Shown here in pieces: positions 52,914 to 64,000 of a stretch of 64,000 nt of DNA (the first letter of the stretch is position 1; every line of letters starts with the position of its first letter). The DNA is from Adineta vaga. Its lineage: Eukaryota > Animalia > Rotifera. The position numbers and the translations under genes were made by a program. The DNA lies in contig CP075497.1 in NCBI GenBank assembly GCA_021613535.1, positions 13,454,001 through 13,518,000 on the forward strand. Reading direction: 5' to 3'. A model generated the notes under the pieces. That model was given only the letters and a program-made list of their open reading frames with translations. It was not told where the DNA came from and did not search any database.

Positions 52914-54669
52914 AATATTTCACTACTTCATTATTGATGATGTGTAATTGAAGAATTAAAAACTCGAACCTTTCGAAGAGCTCACTACAATGGTTGCATT
53001 TCATCCATTCCACATAGTATTCTTAGTCTTCGAAGGAACTGATTTTATCGAAGACTAGCGGAGGTACGTGATATTGGCCTAGAACTTTCCAGACAGAAAA
53101 TCTCCTATGTCAGAAAACGACAGGAGATGCAGAGAGAGAGTTGTGCTTGAGATTTTTCATTTATCACTTCAATATATTCCGCCATGTCGTATGTAAGATA
53201 GAACAATTCAGGCTATGTGACACTCCAAATCGATCCGTTTTCTTACAGATCTCACACTCCTATTTCGCAGATTTTAAGAATCGTTATTAAGCATCTGAAC
53301 CCACTTGGAAGCTTTCACATGACTAAAAAACTAGTTTCACGAGTCAGCGAAAGTGCATATTTTGTAGGGTGCATTTATAGAACGTTTTTCTTTTCGCGTC
53401 GATTAAAGTTCGCAAATAAAACATACCTGGTGACTTTTCTGTCTATTTTAACATCAAATAAGACCTTTTCAGTTGAATAAATGCGCTGTAAAAGATAAGA
53501 ATTTTTGCAAAAGGATTCTTTACTGATAGATACGATTGATGCGAAGATAACATCAATTTCGACATGATTAAATGTCCTCTCTCATACATAAATTGAAAGC
53601 ATTCTGTTATGCGACTATCAAGTTGAGTATCAAGATCTCAATTTGATGGTTCCGTAAGTAGTATTCGGAAGAATTTAACTACAGCTAGTTAAATGGTTTT
53701 CTTAATTTTCTTTCTTTTAAATATTGACGAAATGGTCATCTTGCATTGACTTATATTCATATTTATAGATAACTACTCAACATACTTTACATTTAGTTTT
53801 TCAAATAAAAAACCTAGTTGAAGTATGATATGTAATTATGAACAAGTTGGTACAAATAACAATATTCAGCAGAGTGAATTATTAACAGAAGAAGCGACAT
53901 CAGTCTACAATGAACTATCATCTAAAAAACAACAGCAAAAACATGTATTACGCAAGTATGATTAAATTTATTACATAAATATATTGTATAGAGTTCTATT
54001 GTATCAATTTGTTTAGTCCATGTCTATATTCAATTTATAAGATAGCACAAAATAAATGGTCCTATGCTATCTTGCTATCAGTACTTGTAATAGATACAAG
54101 TGCTGCTGTATTTATTAGTCATCAAACAGAACAAGATCAAAACGAAATCATCTTGAAAAGTCAAAGTATAGTTATTTTTTTAATAATGAATAATAAATTA
54201 AGTAATATCAAACATACTATGTCGATAAGATAATCATTTGGTTGAATGTAGGGTGGAACTCTAAATGATCAGATTGCTTGAACAGATCGAATCTGTTTAC
54301 ATGTGTATAACATTAAACGTTTCCATTCACAACTTCTAGAGCAATGATTAATAAACGAGTAGAATATATAACCCAGAGAAAAACACTTTAAAACCGACGG
54401 AGAACCCATGGTCAGACTCTATGAACTTTTGACAGGATTTCAACAAACGATCCTAGTGAAAAAGCAAAAGACCAATCCCCCCGTATTCGAATCTAACCAT
54501 AACTAGACGATGTAACAGCTATTCAAAGCAAGTAAACCACAAAAGATAATCTATACTGTAACATAGCACAGTCCGAAACACAACTTCCACCGGTTACGGG
54601 CCGCATGGGGCGACCTGAGTATTATCTTATCTTATTCACAGAGCAATTCATATAGTATCGGAAAAAAGG

Positions 54670-55620
54670 AATATTTTGTTTTATTATAGAAACATCCTCA
54701 AATGAAGAATGGTACGATAATTATCAATCAGACGAAGAAGATTCGCGTGAATATTATTCAAAAAATTCTCGATCTTCTTCTGTATGTATTTTTCTAATAA
54801 TTATATAATTACTATTTTTTTTAAGAAAGTTAAATCACCTAAAGATATTGGATATTTTAATGTTTATATTCGTGAAAATTTACATGAAAATAGTCGACGA
54901 GCATTTCAGCCATATCAATTTCCAGCTGCTCGTTATAATCGTCATGAATTTCGTACGAATTTCTTTTCTGTTCTTATTCAATTTAATTAGTATTTAATTT
55001 AGCTATAAAGGGTCCATTTCTGAATTTTCAATTGACATTGTCGATATATTGTACATCCACGTACACGTCAAACAATTATTTATTCATCAAAAAATGAAGG
55101 TCACTATATGATTATTTTCAAAATAACATTCACTAAAAAAAGAAAATATTTATTATTTTTTTAGTTTATCTTTTACCTGCATTATATAATAAACATGAAG
55201 AAATTTTTTCAATTGGTGAACTTATTGCTTCTGGATATGCTACTTTTACACTAGATGATATTAAAATGAAAACATCTTATGATATAACAAATCTATTTCA
55301 TGAAAAACAATGTAAGTCAATTCTTTCGTTTTAATGAAGTTTTTCAAATAGTTCGATCTTTCTTTCGAATAGTGATGCAATCTGGTTTACCAAAGATAAA
55401 TCCATTCACAGGTGCTTTTACCGATGGAATTTATACAAAACTTCGATCCTCTTTCGTATCAAAACATTCAGAAAAGAGAACATACAATAGAATTTCTAAT
55501 GACGAAGATTATAATCGTCAAGATTCATCATATTCACGTAATCCATATTATTCTAAACCACGATCACGATCGCGCTCTGACGGTAATATACAAATGATAA
55601 ATATATCATCTTATAATACA
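54670..55620 (+). other. Unidentified multi-exon coding or relic sequence
   Basis: Short exons bounded by GT/AG (YFNVYIRENLHE..., VYLLPALYNKHEE..., QSGLPKINPFTG...). There is an apparent frame break near 55040. The family was not recognised. Confidence 0.4.
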
Positions 55621-55870
55621 AAGAAGTATTTTGTTCGTGAAATTAAAGCTGTATATTACTAATTTCAACTTGAATTAGATATTTTCTTAATAATAGGAGA
55701 AATTTGAGAACAAATCCAATCAAAACTGAGGTTGCAGAATTCTCAATGATTGTGATAAATAAAACCTATTGATTCGAATCAACTATGAATTTCTACTAGA
55801 TTTGTTATGGAATTCGATTAAATCTGTTTATAGGCGGTATTTTCAAATGAGAATGTCTTTTATTTTATAG

Positions 55871-57494
55871 ATGTTTCGACAAAAAAAAATAACATCAAAC
55901 GATATACCAATTGAACTTAAATTCGTAGAAGAAATTAAAATGTCTGACGTAATGAAGCATCTTAAGAAGTTGCAAAGCATCGCATCTAGTAACAATAATA
56001 TTCGAGCAGCATTCACAAATGGTTTTGACGAAACAATGAATTATATATACGAATATCTTTCAAAAAACACAAATTTTAAACTAACAAGAAGATCATTTCA
56101 GACAAGAAAGTTCTTAGCTGGCGCAAATCCATAATTATCAACATCAATTAATGGTGTCATAAAAGATCGTAATTATTCATTAGTTTTGAGTGAATCAGAA
56201 TTTTTTTTCATGGACTATTCGAGAGCAATCGATATGGATGAATTTATTCCAATCAATATTATTCCAAATTTAGGGTGTATGAAGAAGACTGGGTTGCTGC
56301 AAATCCTTCTCCATCTAGTCAAGTAGCATTGGTTAAACGAGGTGAATGTAATTTTATTCAAAAAACTGATTTGGCATTGAAATATGGTGCTCGTGCTATT
56401 TTGATATACAACGACGGTGTAACTGCTGATCGTACTCTAGTTATTGGTACTCTAACCGCTAGTACTAATGAGATGCCAGCATTATTCTTGTCATATTATC
56501 TCGGTCAAGAACTGGTTACAGCTGCTCAAAAATCATCAAGTAGTGTTATGGTTCGTCTTTCTATCTACATTAGAGATGACTCAATTGGTACTACTGAAAA
56601 TATTTGCGCTGATACATTGACAGGCGATCAATCTCAAACAATTATTATCGGTGGTAGTAGTGATAGTACAGGTTTCGGACCAGGACTTAATGACAATGGT
56701 AATTAATCGACTTAAATTCGTTTCTTTATGCCTTTTTTATTTCAGGTAGTGGTATTTCAGGTATACTCGCTTTAGCTAAAACTCTTTTTCGTCTTTTTCA
56801 AACTTCTTCTTATACTGAATACAAATATCGAGTCCGATTTTGCTGGTGGACTGCAGCTAACGAGGGTGTGGGTTCAACGGCTTATATAAACGAAGCAAAA
56901 AATTCTATTAGTGTTGGTGAACGTCTTAATGATCATTTACTCTATCTTAATTACGATGCGATTGGTTCACCAAATTTCAAGTTTGGAATTAGAGATGGTG
57001 AGTCGCTTGTTGATAGCTTTCCAGACGAAGTCTTTTCAGATATTCAAAAAATCACGAATCTTTATAAAGATTGGTTCATTAAAAATAATTTGCCATGGGA
57101 TCTTACTGATATTGATGACAATACTGGTGATACACCATTTTATTCGGAAAATATTGTTGTTGGAGGTTTATTCAGTGGTGAGACTGATATTAAAACACAA
57201 GAACAACGTGATCGATATGAAGAAATGCTTGGAAACGGTCGTGGTGGAATAGCAAATACCCCTTTTGATCCATGTCACGGTTTACCATGTGATACGATAC
57301 AAAATATTAATGTCTTTGCTCTTGAAAAGATGATCAAAGCAGCTGCTTATGCCTTGGAGTATTTGGGTAGACAAGATGATTTGAAAGCTTGGCTCTCTTC
57401 ATCTTTTCCAACTCAACGATTAGCTAAAGCATCAGTTAAAAAAGAAAAACACATGTCAAGCAAAGGACGCTCTAATGGAAGATGTCGTTCATAA
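55871..57494 (+). pseudogene. M28 aminopeptidase (aminopeptidase Y/SGAP-like) with a PA domain; disrupted and lacking metal ligands
   Basis: PA domain VALVKRGECNF..K...A..YGA.AILIYN; GPGLNDNGSG; RVRFCWW; YLNYDAIGSPNF; intron 56699-56745. TAA at 56132 and a frameshift at ~56275. Confidence 0.85.
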
Positions 57495-57617
57495 GAACAT
57501 TTTCTAATCAACATCATTTATTTGAAAAAATTGTGATTGATTTATTAATAAATTTTACTTTTCATTTGATATTCGATCAAGTTGTTTTTTTATTTGAAAC
57601 CAGCATCAGCATAGAAT

Positions 57618-57660
57618 TTGAGGGTATAGGTGTGGGTACTACATTTATCTAACACCCACA
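57618..57660. repeat. Telomeric-repeat mini-hairpin
   Basis: ttgagggtataggtgtgggt...acacccaca. Confidence 0.65.
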
Positions 57661-57943
57661 TTAAATTTTCATTATCAAACGAATTATCGATACTTTGTCG
57701 GCTACAATCTGTTGTATGTCTTAATTCATTTAGTTACAAACTACGCTGTTTCAAAAGAAAAAGAAAAATACGCTTATGCCATGGGAATTTTATCACGAAC
57801 AATCAGCATGGAAAAAAAGGGGCCGATTAATTTTTTTCTCTCGCTGAAATCCGGCAGCTAGAAATGATCATTTTCTCTTCTACACACTCAATAGAATTGT
57901 GTTTTTATTAACATTATCGCAACTGCACGAATACATCATTGTG

Positions 57944-59137
57944 ATGGAACTTGGCAAAACTACGTTTATTGCACTATCATACGGTGTTCCTTTCGCGAGC
58001 TTCGCTGTCATTTTCGTAATACTCAGTTGTGTCAATCGTCGAGCCAGTACTTATATTCATAAGAGCATTCTAGGTATCGAGCTTGACGATTTCGGCGGCA
58101 AAAGTTTTCTTTACTTACCTACTGATGACCGATATTACCATCTGTATCCGCGTAAGTGTTGGGTAAGGTGTATGAGTGACATTCTTACTTCAGTAATTCT
58201 ATCAATTTTTTTCGCAATTCTTTTTGGGAACTTGATACTTGGCGCTGAGAATGTTCTATGGGGAGGCAAATGTCCCGAATTTACTGCTTATTGTTACGGA
58301 GTGTCCTCTCAGCCTAATACCATAGGTGATCTTTGTAAGGATGATGAAAGAGCAAACTTCACGTCAAATTACACTGCTTATTGGTGTTATGGATTGAGAT
58401 ACGAAGAAACAACGACTTTGGATGTACTAGAAGCAGTTGGTACATGCGGTGGTCTCTTGGGCATTGTATCGTCGATTATTCCATTAACTTATAGTCTTTC
58501 TCTATACACAAAATACATTTTTCCATCCGCTCTGTGTATAATTATCCCATTGTGCTGTTCAGCCCTTTTAATTTACACGGTCATCACAAATTTGTATCGA
58601 TCGATTCCATCCGTGTTGACTATCATTGCCTATTCGCTATTGATAGCAATGACAAGTGTCGGTTGGGTGTGGGCATTAGCGCACACACTCAATTATAAAT
58701 ATAAAAAATTAGAATCGTCTAAAGATTATATAAGTCGTTTGAAACATTTTTGGTTAACGTCTCCCTTTTGTTGCTGTATTCCTTTTCGAAAACGTGGAAA
58801 CATCAATTCTGGCACAATCAGTAACTGCTGCTCTAAGACTATCCAGTGCATGAAGGACTGGTTTGATTGTATATGTTGTATGAAGTGCTGTTCTTGTCGT
58901 TGTCGTGCATTTTGCAAAGTTTGGTTATTTTCAAGATTTCTCCATTATCCATTCTGTATTTTTGGTTGTTGCAACGTATACGAGAAGGAAAACGGCCAAG
59001 TGCCGATACGATGCTGTTGCTGCTGCCGACATCACGTATATCATAATACCGTTTCAACGGGCATTGACGACCAGACATCAAGATATGTAGCCACTTATAA
59101 AGCCGAGGGAGGACCAAAGAGGCAATTACCCGTCTGA
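57944..59137 (+). CDS. Intronless ~5-TM membrane protein with a Cys-rich C-terminal tail
   Basis: Uninterrupted ORF from the ATG at 57944 with five hydrophobic segments. The tail contains CCC, CICCMKCCSCRC and CCCCC. Confidence 0.7.
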   Translation: MELGKTTFIALSYGVPFASFAVIFVILSCVNRRASTYIHKSILGIELDDFGGKSFLYLPTDDRYYHLYPRKCWVRCMSDILTSVILSIFFAILFGNLILGAENVLWGGKCPEFTAYCYGVSSQPNTIGDLCKDDERANFTSNYTAYWCYGLRYEETTTLDVLEAVGTCGGLLGIVSSIIPLTYSLSLYTKYIFPSALCIIIPLCCSALLIYTVITNLYRSIPSVLTIIAYSLLIAMTSVGWVWALAHTLNYKYKKLESSKDYISRLKHFWLTSPFCCCIPFRKRGNINSGTISNCCSKTIQCMKDWFDCICCMKCCSCRCRAFCKVWLFSRFLHYPFCIFGCCNVYEKENGQVPIRCCCCCRHHVYHNTVSTGIDDQTSRYVATYKAEGGPKRQLPV

Positions 59138-59501
59138 GTTTTAGGTTTGCCCATCGAAATTTGACTCTTTCAGAGTGTTATGTATTTATTCTTGGATACT
59201 TAATACATTTATTTCACTCTTGTCCTTTCGCAAATTGTAAAAAAGCTTGAATGCCCATGTTATTAATTCGTTCAAATCGAAAATCTTCCATATAAGGACG
59301 AGGTGTAAACACGAAATTCAATTGTTCTACATCATCTGTTTCTTTTATTGAATATAATGTCAATATTTCCTTGGGTTATATCCCTTATATCGTCGACTGA
59401 TAATAAATGAAGTTTTAATATTTTTAAATCAGGTAAAAATCTTATTGATTGAATTAATAACGAGATCGAAATATTCTTTCTTGGAAAGATTAAATAATGA
59501 A

Positions 59502-59582
59502 TGTGGGTGTATGGGTGAGTGTGTTTTCTTCTCTCACCCACATCCACACCCACACCCACACCCACACCAACACCCTCACCCT
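59502..59582. repeat. Telomeric-repeat mini-hairpin with a long C-rich arm
   Basis: tgtgggtgtatgggtgag...ctcacccacatccaca(cccaca)3ccaacaccctcaccc. Confidence 0.8.
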
Positions 59583-59859
59583 TGAAAGGATGAAATATGA
59601 AGATATATAGGCATGAATCAATTGATCTTATAGAACAAGGATAAAGAAAACGATTTCTTTTCCAAAATAATCACGGCATATAAAAGAGAAATTACTTGAA
59701 TTGAACAAAACGCTGAGCGAACATATGACGAAAAAAAACTTAGCACGTTAACCAGTTGACTCTGGTTTTCTGTAGCTTTGTTATATGTCTTTATTTAAAG
59801 GAAAAGTATCCAGAGGAAAAGACAATCTTAGATAAGAACGAGAGTGTGATAAGTTTGCG

Positions 59860-61371
59860 TTAAGTTATAACAAGAAAATCATGTCTTTTGAATCCATCGA
59901 ACCACAATCGTCTGTAATTTTCATTTGGTAACAGCCGATAATATTGTTGATCATCCATTTGGATATAGCCAACAAGTTCTTGAGTTTTTACGCCTTCACC
60001 AGTCTCATTCAACACATCACACTGACGAATTGTTGTGCTTTCTTGACTTCTAGCACTTACAAAGAGACAGAAATGACAACCAAAATTTTTAAATGATTGA
60101 TCTTTCTGTGACAGATCTTTTTCCATTTTCTCATTAACATCGAGCATAAAGTTGTAAAGCGAACGTAATCTCTGTGGCTGTTGACTGTAGATGCCAATAC
60201 GTGGAGCAGGTGTCATCCAAACAAGGCCAAAATCATTTTTCTCATAAGACTTCAGGCTGAATGAAATGCTTTTCAAACTTTCCACAGTTGCCACAGTTTT
60301 TTGTTTATACCCACTATATTTTTCTTTGGCCTTCTGTAACTTCGCTCTAATATTTTTCACATAGGTTTCGCCAAGCTACAAGGAAAATGCAAGAAATGAG
60401 CAAATAAATATAGCATGTTTCATCCATAGTTGTCTCTGTTCTGGGCTGAGGGTATGGATGTGAGCAAAAAGAAAAATATCATCCTGGCTCTCATACCCAC
60501 AACTTCTTTCGCGAAAATTAGAGGCTTCGAGTACTGCGCTCAATGCAAACCATCTTGCCACCTTCCACTGTGTATTATCTCGGAGAACTTACTTCATTTT
60601 CTGCTCTTGCTTCACTACAATATTCTTCCATTGGAACACACAGATGACAATGCCAAGGAGTATTATGTTCCTGATACCTAGAGCGAGAAATGCAACGAAA
60701 GTAGCTCTTTTTGTATCTTACTACAGAACTTTCAGTCACGTTACACTTACCAACAACCGCGATGAAATGATAAAATCTAGTACGAAAATGAAACAGAAGG
60801 AATATTATCAATTATTCAAAAGATAGTCTTTTAACATTTGACTAATTTTTGAAATAGCGAATATAGGGGTACCAAAACTCTCTTCTATCCCATGCAGCTA
60901 GAAGAGTTCATTTGAGTTACAAGCTATAAATACTCACTCAGGCTAACCGGAAAATTTGGCGGGCTTTTGTGTATTCTATTTTTTTAAAATGAGGCATCTG
61001 GAAATCAAGGTATTGAATAGTCTATTGCCTGCATAAGTTTTCTTTCGAAGCACACTCGATAGTACTTACGGCTTCTTTATCATATTCTGGTCTGCTTTCC
61101 AAAAATTTTGTAACAAGAGACATTGTCTTGTCGATTTCATTTGACTGTGGCTTCTCGCTGACATTTCCGTTCGTTTGTCGTACAATAAAGTGTGGCCGCG
61201 GGCTGAATTTATCGAAGACTAATTCCACCAAGTCTCCAGCATCTGGAACGCCACGTTATGGAAATGGAAGTCGAACGTAAGTGTTCTGACGAGCAGTAGC
61301 CTAAACATATCATGGTGAAAAATTAGATAGAAATGATGATATAAACTGAGGTTTTGAAAAGATCTTACCAT
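59860..61371 (-). pseudogene. Multi-exon gene, possibly HIT-like fold, with a premature TAA at 61258-61256
   Basis: Spliced model M|ATARQNTYVRLPFP*RGVPDAGDLVELVFDKFSPRPHFIV...EA|ILSFHRGCW|YQEHNTPWHCHLCVP...ENE|LGETYVKNIR..., using canonical GT-AG sites. Confidence 0.55.
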
Positions 61372-61566
61372 ATTTTCTAAAGTCGAAAGTTACAGTTCGT
61401 TAACTGGAAGAAATTATGTTTCTTTATGTGAGTTACTTCGTGTTCTATATTTATACATTTTTTTTCACTGGGAAAAAACATACTTTTGCTTTCTAGGTTT
61501 TTTCCCGGTTCTTATTTCGAGTGAGTCACTATATGTTTATTGAGTTTTTATTGCACTCTTTTTCTA

Positions 61567-61647
61567 ATCTCGAGGGTGTGGGTGTGGGTGTTATATAGAG
61601 AATACCTACACCCACAGCGGCATCCACACCACACCCTCATCCACCCA
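61567..61647. repeat. Telomeric-repeat mini-hairpin
   Basis: atctcgagggtgtgggtgtgggtg...cacccaca...caccctcatccaccca. Confidence 0.8.
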
Positions 61648-61899
61648 TATATATATATATATAAGTAGAGAATACTATAGATGGTGTGTAACACAAAAAT
61701 CTTCATAGAGTCCGTACGAATCCATCCTTTATATTCTTTTATCTTTAGGTTGTATTTATAGAATTTGATAAAGCTTCATTGCGTTGTTAGTAGACTATCA
61801 TAATTAGGAAAAAGAATTGCTTCGAATCGTGTATGCATTTTTTAACGTTCCTAGTCAAGTCTGAATATACGCCTTCATGATATGTCTATAAATCTCACC

Positions 61900-63960
61900 T
61901 GTTTATTGTGAAAATATACTTCAGAACGTTGTTGTTGTTATATCATAGTTAACAATTTGATTATATGATACAGAAGATGAAATCATCTCGAGAATTTGAT
62001 TCCGTAATCGTTTTTTATTTTAAAATTAAACTTTTGAAACAATAAGAGAAAAACATAAAATCAGCTTGATTAAATGATAGTAGTGAATGTAAATTTTTTA
62101 ATCTAAATTCTCGATATAACAATCTATCATTGATACAGGTTGTAGAGACATTTTTCGCTTCTTTTGTTTAGTTGTTGAAAATATTGGTTGATCTTTCTTG
62201 ATCTATATAAGAACGATAATGTTCACTATGTGAATAAATTTAGATTTTACTCACTATATATTCAAGTTCATTAGAATATTCAATAGATGAACTTATTGAT
62301 TTTGGTGCAGATGCAGTACGTGATATCTGTCGTGACTTAATATTATCTTTATGATACTGATCATGAAGAGACGAATTGATCTTTCAAAGTGAAAATCATA
62401 TTGATTTAATTATTTTACAAACGAAAAAGCAAACCTTAATCTGTTCAATATTTTCTTCGACACCATTCAAATAAAAATCTTCATTTTTATCAATGTAATC
62501 AATTATTTTCTTATCCATACTTGTTCGACGATGCAATAATACAAACATGATAGTCATAACAAGAACCTATACATAGATAAACAAAGAAATTTTCCTAGAA
62601 ATCCTTCGATGAAAATACAAACTTTAACTGGTTGAGTAAATAGAATCGATGAAAAAAAACCGATAAATAATGATCCAAGCCATTTTTCAATTTTCTCACT
62701 ACCAAATTCGATTCCTCGTGCAATAATCACCAATATAGAAACAGCAAATATGATACATGAGAGACCATAAACAATGAATAAATTCCACCATGGTAATGAT
62801 CTACGAGTTTTGATCTTTCTTCGATTTGTCGTTATCATTTCTATCGACTCTAATTGTTTGAGAACTCGAAGTATAGGTGATATTTCATATATAGAACGAC
62901 GTTTTCTTATTCGTCGAAATAACATCACAAAACACATGCTTGGAATAAAAAGAAGTATATCACAAATGATTCCAATACTAATCTGATTGAAAAAAACAAA
63001 ATGTTTTTAAAAGTTTAAATGAAAATCACAAACCTGTTCTCGACTGAATTCAAATGGACCAATGATAAATCTATGTAGATTTGTGGTATTAGTTTTAATA
63101 TCTTGTGTCTGATCATAATATAAAATATCTAATAACATAGCTGTAAAGAGAAGAACAAAACAACATGTACATCGTTGAACACGTGTAAAATGATTTGAAA
63201 GTGGTCGAGAAAAAATTGAATACCATAAATGTTCATCCGAAATATTGTGATAAACATTATGAGAAATATTAAATCGAAATTTATGTTTTTCATAATTACT
63301 TGCCAACGGAAAAGTATATTTTGTCTAGAAAATACAAGAATTAGGACACATTTAATTAAAAAGAACAATGAATATTTTACTGATAAAGTCATTTTTTCTG
63401 CTGTTAACAATTGTCGACAGATAAAATGAAATTTTTCCATCGTTTGTAAATCACGTACAATAAAATAATTAATGAACCATGAACCTTGTGAAAGTCTATT
63501 TGAATTATTTAACCAAATACGTAAATTCATCAGTTTTCCTAATGGTTGAGGTACAGCCAAAAGGAACGAATCAATTGATCCACGTTGAAGAATTTTTTTA
63601 TCAGAATTAAACAACATACGAACATCTGTCGTATTATTGATACCTGATAAATTAAATTCAACCTAAAATAATAATTCATAGAATTGATATAATCAATTAA
63701 TTTCAATATTTTACTTGAGAATTAGCTTCAGATTTCTTTCCTATTCCAGTAAATACAAGTATTTGATAAAAATATTTATCAGTTGATTGATTATGCGGCA
63801 AAATACTTACTGACAACTAAAAGTTCAGATATATATATGTATATATAAATATTTTGTTAAAGAAATTGTTTATTACAAACTTTTTCCTCATCTTTCTTAT
63901 CTTCACGTCGAGAATAAATCAAACATACGGTATACACAAACATAAGAATAATAACAGTTA
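61900..63960 (-). pseudogene. Polycystin-1/PKD1L-like gene segment (PLAT domain + TM region), 3' part decayed; continues beyond the window
   Basis: YQILVFTG, LQRGSIDSFLL..PQPLG.L..LRIW....S..GSWF (PLAT), HLWYSIFSRP...FTRVQR..CC and LPWW. Stops and frameshifts occur downstream of ~62350. Confidence 0.8.
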
Positions 63961-64000
63961 AGTAAATTGTTCGATTTTTATCAAAACTAGCATTAGCAAA

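Overview
AT-rich (~30% GC by eye) eukaryotic DNA with short GT-AG introns. The gene families and TGTGGG/TGAGGG repeats point to a bdelloid rotifer (inference). The window looks like an accessory or subtelomeric-type region. Apparently intact genes: a PAN/EGF-NHL protein, two 7TM GPCRs, a ~1,786-aa protein made of three tandem 2-TM modules plus an FG-GAP domain, and a Cys-tailed membrane protein. Many genes are disrupted: a fungal-type GNAT, a GH35 beta-galactosidase, two LDLa/EGF-GPCRs, an M28 peptidase, a HIT-like gene, a PKD1-like gene, FABP and an F-box gene. DNA transposons are deeply nested: a 10.2-kb CACTA/EnSpm element holding a hAT element, a Helentron helicase relic, HINE-in-HINE with a MULE and a mini-MITE, and hAT MITEs inside an intron. 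The most interesting signals are: (1) the three-module membrane protein, possibly a single-chain pseudo-trimeric channel or receptor; (2) about ten dispersed mini-hairpins built from telomeric repeats; (3) a sharply bounded GC-rich receptor block between two truncated genes; (4) an 86-bp spacerless palindrome; (5) a peptidase whose substitutions cluster at the metal ligands. All calls come from reading the sequence by eye; no searches were run.
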